The position numbers and the translations under genes were made by a program. DNA of 47,187 bases from an uncultured Methanofollis sp. GTDB taxonomy: Archaea; Halobacteriota; Methanomicrobia; Methanomicrobiales; Methanofollaceae. The DNA lies in assembly GCF_937919355.1 (NCBI RefSeq), contig NZ_CALFSA010000016.1, positions 1-47,187 on the forward strand, read 5' to 3'. Numbering within the stretch: the first letter of the stretch is position 1; every line of letters begins with the position of its first letter. The notes beneath the pieces are model-generated. The model was not told where the DNA came from, did not search any database, and worked only from the letters and a program-made list of their open reading frames with translations. Below are positions 9,109-18,126 of this stretch, piece after piece.

Positions 9109-9891
9109 ATGATGTTGTGCGCAAAAAAGAAAATTCTGGTCGTTGAAGACGATGCCATCCTCTCCGGCTTTACGGCAATGATGCTCGGGAGACTGGGATA
9201 TGACGTCGCCGGCCAGGTCTCGACGGTCACGGACGCCTTCAGGCAGATTACAGAGACAGTCCCTGACCTCGTCCTCATGGACATCTATCTTGGCACCGAG
9301 TTCGACGGTATCGATGCCGCAGACTATGTCTACCATTTTTTCTACACCCCTGTTGTGTTCCTGACCGGAAATACTGATTTTGAAGTCATTGAGCGGGCGA
9401 AAGGTGCGGATCCGTTTGGCTACGTGGTCAAGCCCTTCACAAAGGACGGCCTCTATGCCACCATCGAGGTGGCCTTCAATGCGTACTGTGCCGCCAACCC
9501 CGCCCTCCAGAAGGGGAAGGAGAAGTTCCTCTCTCTCCTGAGCGGAGATGAGGGATATATCATCGTTGATGTTCGCGGCAGGGTGATCTTTATGAACCGC
9601 TATGCCGAGCACCTCACCGGCAGGGAGTACGGGATTTCTTTCCTGAAACCTCTCCCGGGTGTCCTTCAGATGCGGGACAGGCAGGCGGGCAACCGATTCA
9701 GCAGTCTGACCTATTCCCAGGACATCACGCACACTGCCATGCTGAACCAGACCCATCTGGTGGCGGTCCAGTCTTCCGGCGGGAAGTCCAGGAATGCAAA
9801 AATCTCGGTCCGCATGGTGAAGAACAGGGAGAGTGCCGTGATCGGATATGTGGTCCGCTTGGAGCAGGTCTTCGGCACCGTCGCGGTCTGA
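9109..9891 (+). CDS. Response regulator receiver with C-terminal PAS-like domain
   Basis: VVEDD, LVLMDI, FLTG, VVKPF; second half EGYIIVDVRGRVIFMNRYAEHLTG is PAS-like. Confidence 0.85.
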   Translation: MMLCAKKKILVVEDDAILSGFTAMMLGRLGYDVAGQVSTVTDAFRQITETVPDLVLMDIYLGTEFDGIDAADYVYHFFYTPVVFLTGNTDFEVIERAKGADPFGYVVKPFTKDGLYATIEVAFNAYCAANPALQKGKEKFLSLLSGDEGYIIVDVRGRVIFMNRYAEHLTGREYGISFLKPLPGVLQMRDRQAGNRFSSLTYSQDITHTAMLNQTHLVAVQSSGGKSRNAKISVRMVKNRESAVIGYVVRLEQVFGTVAV

Positions 9892-9906
9892 GATCCTGTG
9901 TGTACG

Positions 9907-10422
9907 TCACGCCCCCAGCGTGGCGATGACGTCCACGATCATCTCGTTGAACCTGATGTCGACGGTGTACCGCCCTGACGCGTAGACGGTTATGCTTCCT
10001 TTTTCTTTCTGGCCGAATGACCCCTTCTCCCCTGCCGGCAGGCCATACCCGTCCTCTGCGACAAGGTCGCCCTCGCCGTCGAAGACCCTGACGACGAACC
10101 AGGAGTCCGGCGAGGGGGAGAGGCGGGATGAGTCCCCTGTCCGGGCGACCAGCCGCGGCTGCACGGTGTACTCGATCTCCATCGGCGGCGTCGTCAGGTC
10201 CACCGGCACGGTGAAGGTCCGGTTCTCAAAGTCGTCCGATGTGTACCTGAAGACCTCGCCGGCTGAAAGCATCGCCGGCGTGGGGAGAGGTGTCGGCGTC
10301 GACGGCCCCGGTGTATCATCTACGGTGCCTCCTCCTCCCCATGGCGGGGCGGTGGCCAGGGTTGCGGCGAGGAGGAGCACCCCGAAGAGGATGGCGACGG
10401 CGGTCTCTGTTCTTCTTTTCAT
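9907..10422 (-). CDS. Hypothetical exported/membrane-anchored protein, last gene of tubulin-like operon
   Basis: Basic plus hydrophobic N-terminus, Pro/Thr linker, beta-rich domain; GGGAGGAG RBS in the 8-bp gap. Confidence 0.75.
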   Translation of the reverse strand: MKRRTETAVAILFGVLLLAATLATAPPWGGGGTVDDTPGPSTPTPLPTPAMLSAGEVFRYTSDDFENRTFTVPVDLTTPPMEIEYTVQPRLVARTGDSSRLSPSPDSWFVVRVFDGEGDLVAEDGYGLPAGEKGSFGQKEKGSITVYASGRYTVDIRFNEMIVDVIATLGA

Positions 10423-10430
10423 CTCCTCCC

Positions 10431-11819
10431 TCAGAACCCGAACCTCACGACCTCACCCACCCTCCAGGGATAGATCTGGCGGAGGGCGTCCCTCCCCTCT
10501 CCGGGTTCCAGCATTGCGTCGACACTGACCGCAAAGAAGGAGACCGGGACAGAGAGAGCGCGGTTGTGGATCTCGTGGAATGTGCTGACCCCGAGGAGGA
10601 AGTCGTAGATCTCCCTCTCGGTCCGCGCCGCCTCCTCCGATGTCTCTTCGACGTCCTTGATACGCCTGACCCTGTCGGTCTTTGTCACGACAAACCCGTA
10701 TGCCCGGTCACCCCCGAAGAGGTCCATCAACCGCGAGTAGTGACCGAAGAGGTGTGTCAGCGCCTCCCTCCCCCGCCCGTGGAAGTCGACGATATAGTCG
10801 CCGTCGATGAGGAAGAGGATCTTCCCGGCCGTCTCCATGCGGCGGTACAGGCAGGCGGCGACGACGGCGTCCATGACACCGGCGAGGGCGTCGGCATGCT
10901 CCTCCTTCAACCGTTTGAGGTACCTGAAACTCCCAAACCTTGCCCTGACACTCTCCTCGTCGGCCCCGCTTGCGGCGGCGACCCTGGCGACGGCCTCTGC
11001 ATAGTGCGCCGGGTCGAGCATGGTCGTGTACCGCCCGGCATAGTCGATGACTCCTGCCTCGATGGGGACGAAACCATATTTCTTTCCTGACAGGAGGTAG
11101 AAGGCCAGGTCCTCCTCCCCTGTGGGTTTCGGGAGGCGCCCCCCTTCCAGACCCGAAAGGAGGTCTTCGAGCCGCATCGCCTCCTCGTCTGGCCCGAGTA
11201 TCACCTCCTGCCGCCTGCCGGCGAACTCGCCCACGAAGAGAGTGTACAGGGCGAGGAAAAGAAGGGTCTTCCCCGACCCGGTTGGGCCGAGGATGACGAT
11301 ATCTGAGGCCCCGGTACCCCTGACACCCCACCCCACAAGGATGCCGAGGGCGAGGAGGATGGCTATCCCGCCGGCCGTCAGGAGGGCCCGGTCCCACGAC
11401 GCAAGGAGGAGGACTGACACCCCAAGGGTGACCAGGAGGATTTTTGCTGTGAGGCGGACGGCGTCGGCAAGGGTGTCGAAGCGGTTCTGGAAGAAGGAGA
11501 GTGCCGTTGCCGTCACGCCGGCGAGCATTCCAGCGGCGACGGCCGCGGCCGCCGGTGCCCCGGCGAAGTGTGCGACGGCGACGGGTACCACAATCGCAAG
11601 GACGATCTCTCCTCCTTTCCTGGACCTCTCCTCGATCAGGAGGCCGCAGGATGCCGGGACGAGAAAGCCGAGGAGGATGCCGAGGGCGTATGACAGGAGG
11701 GGTGGCAGGGGCCCGGCGAGGGCGAGAGGGACGACCAGGAACAGCGCCCCCGAGAGTGCGAGACCGACTGCGGCGATGGCCCCCTCCCGGATCAACCTGT
11801 CCCTGTAGCGCACCCTCAT
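10431..11819 (-). CDS. Polytopic membrane protein with C-terminal TRAFAC/Ras-like GTPase domain
   Basis: About 5-6 N-terminal hydrophobic helices, then G1 GPTGSGKT, G2 PKPT, G3 DYAG, G4 TKTD, G5-like SVD. Confidence 0.8.
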   Translation of the reverse strand: MRVRYRDRLIREGAIAAVGLALSGALFLVVPLALAGPLPPLLSYALGILLGFLVPASCGLLIEERSRKGGEIVLAIVVPVAVAHFAGAPAAAAVAAGMLAGVTATALSFFQNRFDTLADAVRLTAKILLVTLGVSVLLLASWDRALLTAGGIAILLALGILVGWGVRGTGASDIVILGPTGSGKTLLFLALYTLFVGEFAGRRQEVILGPDEEAMRLEDLLSGLEGGRLPKPTGEEDLAFYLLSGKKYGFVPIEAGVIDYAGRYTTMLDPAHYAEAVARVAAASGADEESVRARFGSFRYLKRLKEEHADALAGVMDAVVAACLYRRMETAGKILFLIDGDYIVDFHGRGREALTHLFGHYSRLMDLFGGDRAYGFVVTKTDRVRRIKDVEETSEEAARTEREIYDFLLGVSTFHEIHNRALSVPVSFFAVSVDAMLEPGEGRDALRQIYPWRVGEVVRFGF

Positions 11820-14800
11820 CTGGGGAGCGCCTCCCTGATCCCCCGGATCGTGTACATCCCCAGGACCGTGCCCGATATATTCTCCCCTTTCTTCTCCTGG
11901 TTCGACATTTTGCCCGCGTCTTTCAGGTCCAGGATCGCTTTTCTCGTGATATATTCACCTTCGTGCATCCTGAGGACATGGTGGAGGATGTTGTCCCTGT
12001 TCTTCTCGTAGATCTCCCAGTACCCCCCGCCGGCGATGAGGGGCGAGATATTGTCCAGGAACCCGGCGGCGACGACGAAGGTGAGGGCGACCTCCCATGG
12101 GCGTGCGTGGCCGTGCGTGACCAGGCGCGAGTCGTTGATGTTCCGCAGGGCGAGAGTCTCGTTGATCTCGCGGGTCATCTGGTCGCCGACACGGGCACTG
12201 GCGATAGTCCGTGCGATATAGTCAGATGGCGTTGCTATCACCAACCCCGCCTTCCCGAAGTTCCACCTCTCTGTGGCGCTGATCGGGATCATCAGGTTGT
12301 GGATGCCCAGTTTGTAGTTGTCGATGAGGTGCTTGTAGGTCGCCGTTATCTCGGCGATGAGTTTGTCCAGTTCCCGCCGTCCGTTGTCGTCCCAGTCCAG
12401 GTCGCGGAGGGAAGAGTCCTCGCGGATCAGGGAGAGAATACGCGGGTTGATCTCCCCGAACCTCGTCATGTACATCCCCTTTTTGGTCATGGTGTCGTGG
12501 CTCTTCTGCTCGTTGACGCGCACGACCGTCGAGAAGAAGACCTTGTAGTGCCTGTTGATGTCCCGGCGGTGCGGGAATGTGCCGTCGGCCACCTCCTCCG
12601 TGCGTATCAGGGCGTTCTGGAACATCTTCTTCGCGTCGAGACGCCTCTTGATCTCCAGCACCTCCCCTTCCTGCCCCGAGTATTTCTCCGAAAACTGCTC
12701 CTGTGCGAGGAGACCGGCGACAAGGCGCTCCCTGAGGGCGGTGCGGATCGTGCCGCGGTCGCCTCTCTCGAAGATCTCCACAATCCCTGCGGGGTCGTCG
12801 ACAGGGACGTGTGCAAAGACTGCATCGGTGATCTTTTTCCTGAACTCGTCGGCCCTCTTCCTGAGACTCGAACTGATGAAGTCAGGGGGGAGGTAGAGGT
12901 CGAAGGGGGCGTCGATCCTGAGGTTCCAGTAGCGTGCGTTCGCCTTGATGAACTCCTCGTTCTCCCTCCGGAGAGCGTCGTATTTCTTCTTCTCCCGTGC
13001 CGGTTTTTTGTTGATGATCCCGATGATCTTCGACCCGATGCCGCCTGCCTCGATCCTCCTGACCCGCATGTCGTGGTAGTAATAGAGGGCGACCGCCTCG
13101 ACAATGTCAGCGAGGCCGGAGAGGTTCTCGTCGATGTCGTGGGCGACGGCGGCGATGTCGCGCTGGACATCGGAGACCCCCGCGGCCCGGAGCCAGGTGT
13201 CCCTGTCCGCGGCCTTCACCTCCCCTTTCCTGAGGGCCGTGATGCCCCTGTTGATCGCCTCCTGCAACCCTTTTTCCGGCCCTTCGACCGCCTGGACCTT
13301 CTCTTTCAGGGTGACGTACTGGTCGAGGAGGATGTCTGTCCCGGAGAGTGTCTGGTCTGCTGATTTCTCCATGCTCTCCCTGCGGGCGTTCATCCGGTCA
13401 AGGTCGCCCTGTTTCTCCTGCATCTCCGCGTCGAGGAGGTGGATCTCCTCCTGCACCTCCTTCCGTCGGGCGGCGAGGTCGCGGATATAGGGTGCGACCT
13501 CCTCCCTCCCTTTCAGGGTCTCCATCAGGGCGGCATGCATCGCCTCGTCCTCGATAGCCGCGATCCTCTTGAAGGTCCGCGCCGTCGTCTCCAGGGCCTG
13601 GAAGGCCTCGGGCAGGATCCTGAAGAGTTTTCTGTCGATGTCGTCCTTCAGTTCCTCCTCCTTGACCGCCTGGGCGAAGTTCTTGACCCGCGAGATGAAC
13701 CCGACAAGGTCGTCGAATGTCCTGACCATGTCCAGGCGGAGTTCCGCGGGGATGTTGTTCTCGATGAAGAACTCGACGGCGATGTTAGTCTGGTAGTCAA
13801 GAAGTCTGCCGATCTCGTTCCGCCAGACCTTCTCGATGGTGCCGAACTCCTTTTTGATGTAGTCGAAGTCGCTCCTTGTCGGCGGGGCCTCTTTCGTCCG
13901 CCCGATCTCGTCAAGGAGGTCCCCGACCGCCAGGTTCAGCCGTTTCCTGCTTGCGGTGATCTCCTCCATCTCGCCGATGATCACCTCGTACTGGTCTTTG
14001 AAGGTCCGCAGCGCCTCGACAGGATAGGTGATGATATGTGCGTCGGCGAGGATGAACGATGAATACGGTTTTTTGGCGTCCCCGATGTTGATGTCCCCCT
14101 TTTCGAGGTGGAGGAAGTTCGTGAAGATGTACGGGAAGACGGCGTCGAACTCGTGCACCTCCTCACGGGCCTCCTCTCCCTTTTTGTACCCTGTCGGGCC
14201 GAGGGAGGTGAGCACGATGTAGTTGAAGAGGCGTTCGGTCTGGTTGAGGTATTCGAGTTCTGTCAGGGCGACGGCGGCGTTCAACTGCTCCTTCTCCCCC
14301 TCGACGGTGGTCGGGAGGACGACGAAGAGCCAGATCTGAGCGGTCTCGCCCCTCTGCCCCCTGATATAACGGGCGAGGTCGATGAACATGCCCGACCCTG
14401 TCCCGCCGCCGAGGCCGACGACGATGGCGGTCGTCCCCATCGTCGAGAACATGGGAAAGCCGCCGGCCTGGCCCTCGTTGATCACCTTGTAGAAGATCGC
14501 CTTGGAGATCGCCCGGCGCCTGTGCACCCCGCCGCCGAAGTCGTCGGTGACGAAGGGGTCGATCGTCCTGAGTTCGTCGAAGTGCAGACCTTTCTCGGAC
14601 GGGTCGTTCAGCCACCAGACCCTCGTCCCCGGTTCGGACTTGGTGGCCTTGATCTTCTCGGCGATGTCGAGGCCGGCAAGGTCGGAGACCTGACTGATGT
14701 TTGCCAGGTTCGGGAGGTACAGGGCTTCGTATTCGACGTTGCCCCGCCCGCCGAAGGACTCCACTCTGCCGAGCACCTCGTCGCGCTGCTTTTCGTCCTG

Positions 14801-14989
14801 ATACCTCTCGTTGGCGTCGGTGTCCATCGTGTAGACGGAGAGGTGCCTGCCGCCCAGGGAATAGTGCTGCAGGAACCATTCCTGCCTGCAGATCTCCCCG
14901 ACAAGTTTCTTTCCGCACCCTCCGAGTCCGCAGATCGTCAGGTCTGTCGGCAACTGGAGGGGCGGTCCTGAAGGTTGTGCCCCGTTCAT
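11816..14989 (-). CDS. Large FtsZ/tubulin-superfamily GTPase with long coiled-coil region
   Basis: CGLGGCG, MDTD, FGGG, signature GLGGGTGSG, VVLP..EG...LNAAVALTEL; central part is E/K/R-rich and helical. Confidence 0.85.
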   Translation of the reverse strand: MNGAQPSGPPLQLPTDLTICGLGGCGKKLVGEICRQEWFLQHYSLGGRHLSVYTMDTDANERYQDEKQRDEVLGRVESFGGRGNVEYEALYLPNLANISQVSDLAGLDIAEKIKATKSEPGTRVWWLNDPSEKGLHFDELRTIDPFVTDDFGGGVHRRRAISKAIFYKVINEGQAGGFPMFSTMGTTAIVVGLGGGTGSGMFIDLARYIRGQRGETAQIWLFVVLPTTVEGEKEQLNAAVALTELEYLNQTERLFNYIVLTSLGPTGYKKGEEAREEVHEFDAVFPYIFTNFLHLEKGDINIGDAKKPYSSFILADAHIITYPVEALRTFKDQYEVIIGEMEEITASRKRLNLAVGDLLDEIGRTKEAPPTRSDFDYIKKEFGTIEKVWRNEIGRLLDYQTNIAVEFFIENNIPAELRLDMVRTFDDLVGFISRVKNFAQAVKEEELKDDIDRKLFRILPEAFQALETTARTFKRIAAIEDEAMHAALMETLKGREEVAPYIRDLAARRKEVQEEIHLLDAEMQEKQGDLDRMNARRESMEKSADQTLSGTDILLDQYVTLKEKVQAVEGPEKGLQEAINRGITALRKGEVKAADRDTWLRAAGVSDVQRDIAAVAHDIDENLSGLADIVEAVALYYYHDMRVRRIEAGGIGSKIIGIINKKPAREKKKYDALRRENEEFIKANARYWNLRIDAPFDLYLPPDFISSSLRKRADEFRKKITDAVFAHVPVDDPAGIVEIFERGDRGTIRTALRERLVAGLLAQEQFSEKYSGQEGEVLEIKRRLDAKKMFQNALIRTEEVADGTFPHRRDINRHYKVFFSTVVRVNEQKSHDTMTKKGMYMTRFGEINPRILSLIREDSSLRDLDWDDNGRRELDKLIAEITATYKHLIDNYKLGIHNLMIPISATERWNFGKAGLVIATPSDYIARTIASARVGDQMTREINETLALRNINDSRLVTHGHARPWEVALTFVVAAGFLDNISPLIAGGGYWEIYEKNRDNILHHVLRMHEGEYITRKAILDLKDAGKMSNQEKKGENISGTVLGMYTIRGIREALPR

Positions 14990-15714
14990 TCTTCATTCCC
15001 CCCTGATTCCCGTCCGCCTATCCATATCCCGGCGATCAGGGCCAGGACGGCGGTGAGGACGATCCCGCCGACCGTCCAGATGAGCGGCACCCCTGCGCCG
15101 CGTGAAATTTCGTAGTCGGCAAGGGCGTTCGCTTCATTGACAAGGCCCTTCTCGAAGAGGTCCTGGAGGTACGTCCTCATGAAGGGATCTGATATCTGGT
15201 TCAGTTTGGCCCTGAACTCGTCCACGGCGTCGACTGCGATGGAAAAGAGTCTGGTGTCGCTCTCCGCCAGGGGACGCCCCCTGTCATCGGTGAACCGCAC
15301 CCGGTAATAGGCATAGCCGCTCCTTTTCGGGTCGTAGGTGGTGAGGGTCACGGCGCCGCACTGGGTGACCTTCGTGACCGTCGGGGCCTGGCCGTGGATG
15401 CGGATGGAAAGGCCGTCTCCCCCTGTCGGCACGGCAAGGGTGGCGGGCGTGGTGTTGGTGGCGTTCCCCCCTCCAGACGGCGAGAGGAGGGGCGTGTCTC
15501 CCTGCTGTACAAGGTCGGTGTCGACGATGACAGTGTCGGCGGCGGGGGGGATGCCCGAGAGTGTCATCGTGAAGTCGACGACCTCCCCCTCTGTCACGGT
15601 GTCGGGTGGCGCCTCCTCGACGCCGACCTGTAGACCCGTTACCCCCGCCGGCATGCAGAGCAGGGCCACGAGAAGAAGCAGGTGTGCTCCTGTGGTGACC
15701 GCTCGTGCCGTCAT
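14986..15714 (-). CDS. Hypothetical cell-surface protein (signal peptide, beta-rich domain, C-terminal TM anchor)
   Basis: Hydrophobic N-terminal leader; C-terminal VPLIWTVGGIVLTAVLALIAGIWIG; ATGA overlap with the tubulin-like gene. Confidence 0.78.
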   Translation of the reverse strand: MTARAVTTGAHLLLLVALLCMPAGVTGLQVGVEEAPPDTVTEGEVVDFTMTLSGIPPAADTVIVDTDLVQQGDTPLLSPSGGGNATNTTPATLAVPTGGDGLSIRIHGQAPTVTKVTQCGAVTLTTYDPKRSGYAYYRVRFTDDRGRPLAESDTRLFSIAVDAVDEFRAKLNQISDPFMRTYLQDLFEKGLVNEANALADYEISRGAGVPLIWTVGGIVLTAVLALIAGIWIGGRESGGNEE

Positions 15715-15874
15715 GGTACATACCCCCCCATCCAGAACATACCCGTGAAAGGAGCATCATGGATTAAATCATTTCTCTCCCCGCGCCGGATTCTCTCTCA
15801 TGTATCAGGGATCATTCCTTCGTTTTCCGGAGATCTGCCTGCTTGAGGCTGTTGAAAATCTTCTGCAGACCGCC

Positions 15875-16801
15875 CTACCCTGCAATACCGATGCGGGCGA
15901 AGAGGCGGGGGGCGGCGGCCGAGATCCAGAGGCCGAGGGCCGCGGCCTGGAGGTAGACGACGACCGATGTCGCCGGTCCGGGTGCGGCCGCCGTGAGAGG
16001 GATCGTTATGGCCCAGATGAGGGCCGCACCGCCATACCCGGCGGCCAACCGCGCCGCCCGCTGCCGGAGACCGCCTCCGGCCGCGAACCTCCCCCCCTCC
16101 CACGCCGCCCCGGCGCCGATGCCGAGGACGGCGCCGGATGCATAAAGGGCATTCGAGAGGTCCCAGGGACCTGCGGCCGTCACGACCCCCGGGGCCGGCC
16201 CCAGGAGGAGGGCGACTACCGACGGTGCAAGGAGGAGGAGAGACCCGGCGCATGCAAGCCCTGCCTGCTTCGCCGGGGAAAATTTCCCGGCCCATGCTTC
16301 AGCAGGGCCTTCGAGGGCGAGAAAGAGGAGGAGGACCGCGGCCCCGAGGACCCACCCGACAATGACGTCGCTTGGAAAGTGGACCCCGAGGACGACGCGC
16401 GAGATCCCGGTGAGGACGACGATGCCGACTGCGGCGGCAGAAAACCACCTCTCCCGCACGAGGGTGGCCGCGTACCCCCAGAAACAGACGGCATTCTGGG
16501 CATGGCCCGAGGGCATGGAGAAGGAGGATTCGGTGGCATGGGCCTGCACATCCGTGCTCAACCAGTACGGCCGCGGCGTGTGGAAGAAGAGTTTTGCGGC
16601 GGCATTGACCCCACCGGAGACGGCGAGGAGAAGGCCGAGCCTCAGGCCTGCCCGCGGGTTTGCGCACCACCAGACCGCCGCGGTCACGAAGAAGAAAAAG
16701 GGTACGCTGAGCGCCGAGGCGGCGTGCATCAGGGGTTCGAGGCCGCCAAGATATGCCTGCGCCAGGACGACCCATCCGATCTCTGCTGTCGCCGGGTCCA
16801 T
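15875..16801 (-). CDS. PAP2 family membrane phosphatase
   Basis: KLFFHTPRP, SMPSGH, SRVVLGVHFPSD (C1-C3 motifs). Confidence 0.9.
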   Translation of the reverse strand: MDPATAEIGWVVLAQAYLGGLEPLMHAASALSVPFFFFVTAAVWWCANPRAGLRLGLLLAVSGGVNAAAKLFFHTPRPYWLSTDVQAHATESSFSMPSGHAQNAVCFWGYAATLVRERWFSAAAVGIVVLTGISRVVLGVHFPSDVIVGWVLGAAVLLLFLALEGPAEAWAGKFSPAKQAGLACAGSLLLLAPSVVALLLGPAPGVVTAAGPWDLSNALYASGAVLGIGAGAAWEGGRFAAGGGLRQRAARLAAGYGGAALIWAITIPLTAAAPGPATSVVVYLQAAALGLWISAAAPRLFARIGIAG

Positions 16802-16861
16802 GGTCCCTCCTCCCTTGGAGGGGATCGGCTATAGTGCTTCCCCCGGCGTCGCAATCCCTAT

Positions 16862-18124
16862 ATGTCCGCCCTGCCCATGCGGGGGGCGGGGGAATTTTTG
16901 AGAGTACCTGTTATCGTTGCGGTCGTCTTGCTCCTGCTGTTGACAACCCATGCCGTCGCCGGCGACCCGACCGTGGTCGTCACCGGCTACACCGTCACAC
17001 CGGAGGTGCTCATGCCCGGCGGGCAGGGCACGATCCAGGTGAACCTCACGAACACCGCAAGACAGGCGACGATGACAGAGACCGACACCTACACTGGCGG
17101 TGCGAGCGGGACCAGGACCGAGACGAAGAGCACCGCCATCAACGCCTATGTCGAGAGCGTCTACCTCAAGGGGGACGGCCTGACGGTGATCTCCGGAGAC
17201 TACGGGGACGTCGGCGAGGTCGGGCCGGGTCAGTCCGTTACCCTCACCTTCCTTGTGCAGGCACCTGAAGAGGAGGGCCTCTACTTCCCCGAGGTCTGGA
17301 TCAGGGTCAGGGGTGCGCAAGGTGTCAAATATCCCGTCCCCGTGAACGTGAACTCCCGGTATGCCCTCATTGCACAGCCCGCCATCTCCGTCGTGCGGAC
17401 CGCACCCGATCGGGTGGTGCCCGGCGAGACCTTCTCCCTCTCCCTCCTCCTCGAAAATACCGGACTCTCACGGGCAAACGACCTCTCCGTGCAGGTCTCG
17501 CCGTCCAACACGACGTCCATCGTCTCCCTCTCCCCAGAACACTACTATGTCAAGCAACTCGAACCCGGTGACGCGGTGCGTTTCAACCTCTCCTTTGCGA
17601 CAGACAGGAAGACGCCGACGGGCCTGCAGGTGGTCCCGGTCTCACTAACCTACGTCACGCCCGACTCCGTGAAGGTCGCCAGGACTGAGTCGGTCGGCGT
17701 GCAGGTGACAGGGCAGGCAGAGATGGGGATCGCCTCCCTCTCCACCGACCCGGTGCGGCCCTCTGCCGGCAGTCCCTTCACCCTGGTCTTCAGGATCGAG
17801 AACACCGGCACCGACGACGCCACCTCGGTGCGGGCGACAGTCGACCTCCCCTTCGAGGGGACGAAAGAAGCCTTTGTCGGGACGATCGAGCCTGACAACG
17901 ACGCCCCCGCCGTCTTCAACCTCCGGGCAGGCGAGGCCGGCGACAGGCCGTACGCTCTCACCGTTGAGTGGCGCGACGACAGAGGTGCGCACACCATGAC
18001 CGAAGACCTCAGCATCTCCGTCGAGGCGCCCGACAGGACGGCACTCATCGTCGGGGTGGTCGTGCTGATCGCGGCCGTCGTCGTGGCCGTCTGGTGGCTA
18101 CGGCGGAGGAAGGAGGGGGGATAA
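16862..18124 (+). CDS. COG1361 S-layer-domain/CARDB-like surface protein associated with ABC exporter (start may be TTG near 16898)
   Basis: Signal peptide, three repeated Ig-like units (xxNTG motifs), C-terminal TM helix plus RRRK. Confidence 0.8.
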   Translation: MSALPMRGAGEFLRVPVIVAVVLLLLLTTHAVAGDPTVVVTGYTVTPEVLMPGGQGTIQVNLTNTARQATMTETDTYTGGASGTRTETKSTAINAYVESVYLKGDGLTVISGDYGDVGEVGPGQSVTLTFLVQAPEEEGLYFPEVWIRVRGAQGVKYPVPVNVNSRYALIAQPAISVVRTAPDRVVPGETFSLSLLLENTGLSRANDLSVQVSPSNTTSIVSLSPEHYYVKQLEPGDAVRFNLSFATDRKTPTGLQVVPVSLTYVTPDSVKVARTESVGVQVTGQAEMGIASLSTDPVRPSAGSPFTLVFRIENTGTDDATSVRATVDLPFEGTKEAFVGTIEPDNDAPAVFNLRAGEAGDRPYALTVEWRDDRGAHTMTEDLSISVEAPDRTALIVGVVVLIAAVVVAVWWLRRRKEGG

Positions 18125-18126
18125 GG

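Noticed and set aside
11501-13363. Long antisense ORFs (620 aa here; also 4323-5798, 22009-23928, 29597-31357 and others)
   Set aside because: Shadow frames of well-supported genes in GC-rich DNA; no recognisable motifs
11816-14989. Naming the gene ftsZ or cetZ
   Set aside because: About three times the usual length, divergent T6/T7 loops and a different gene context
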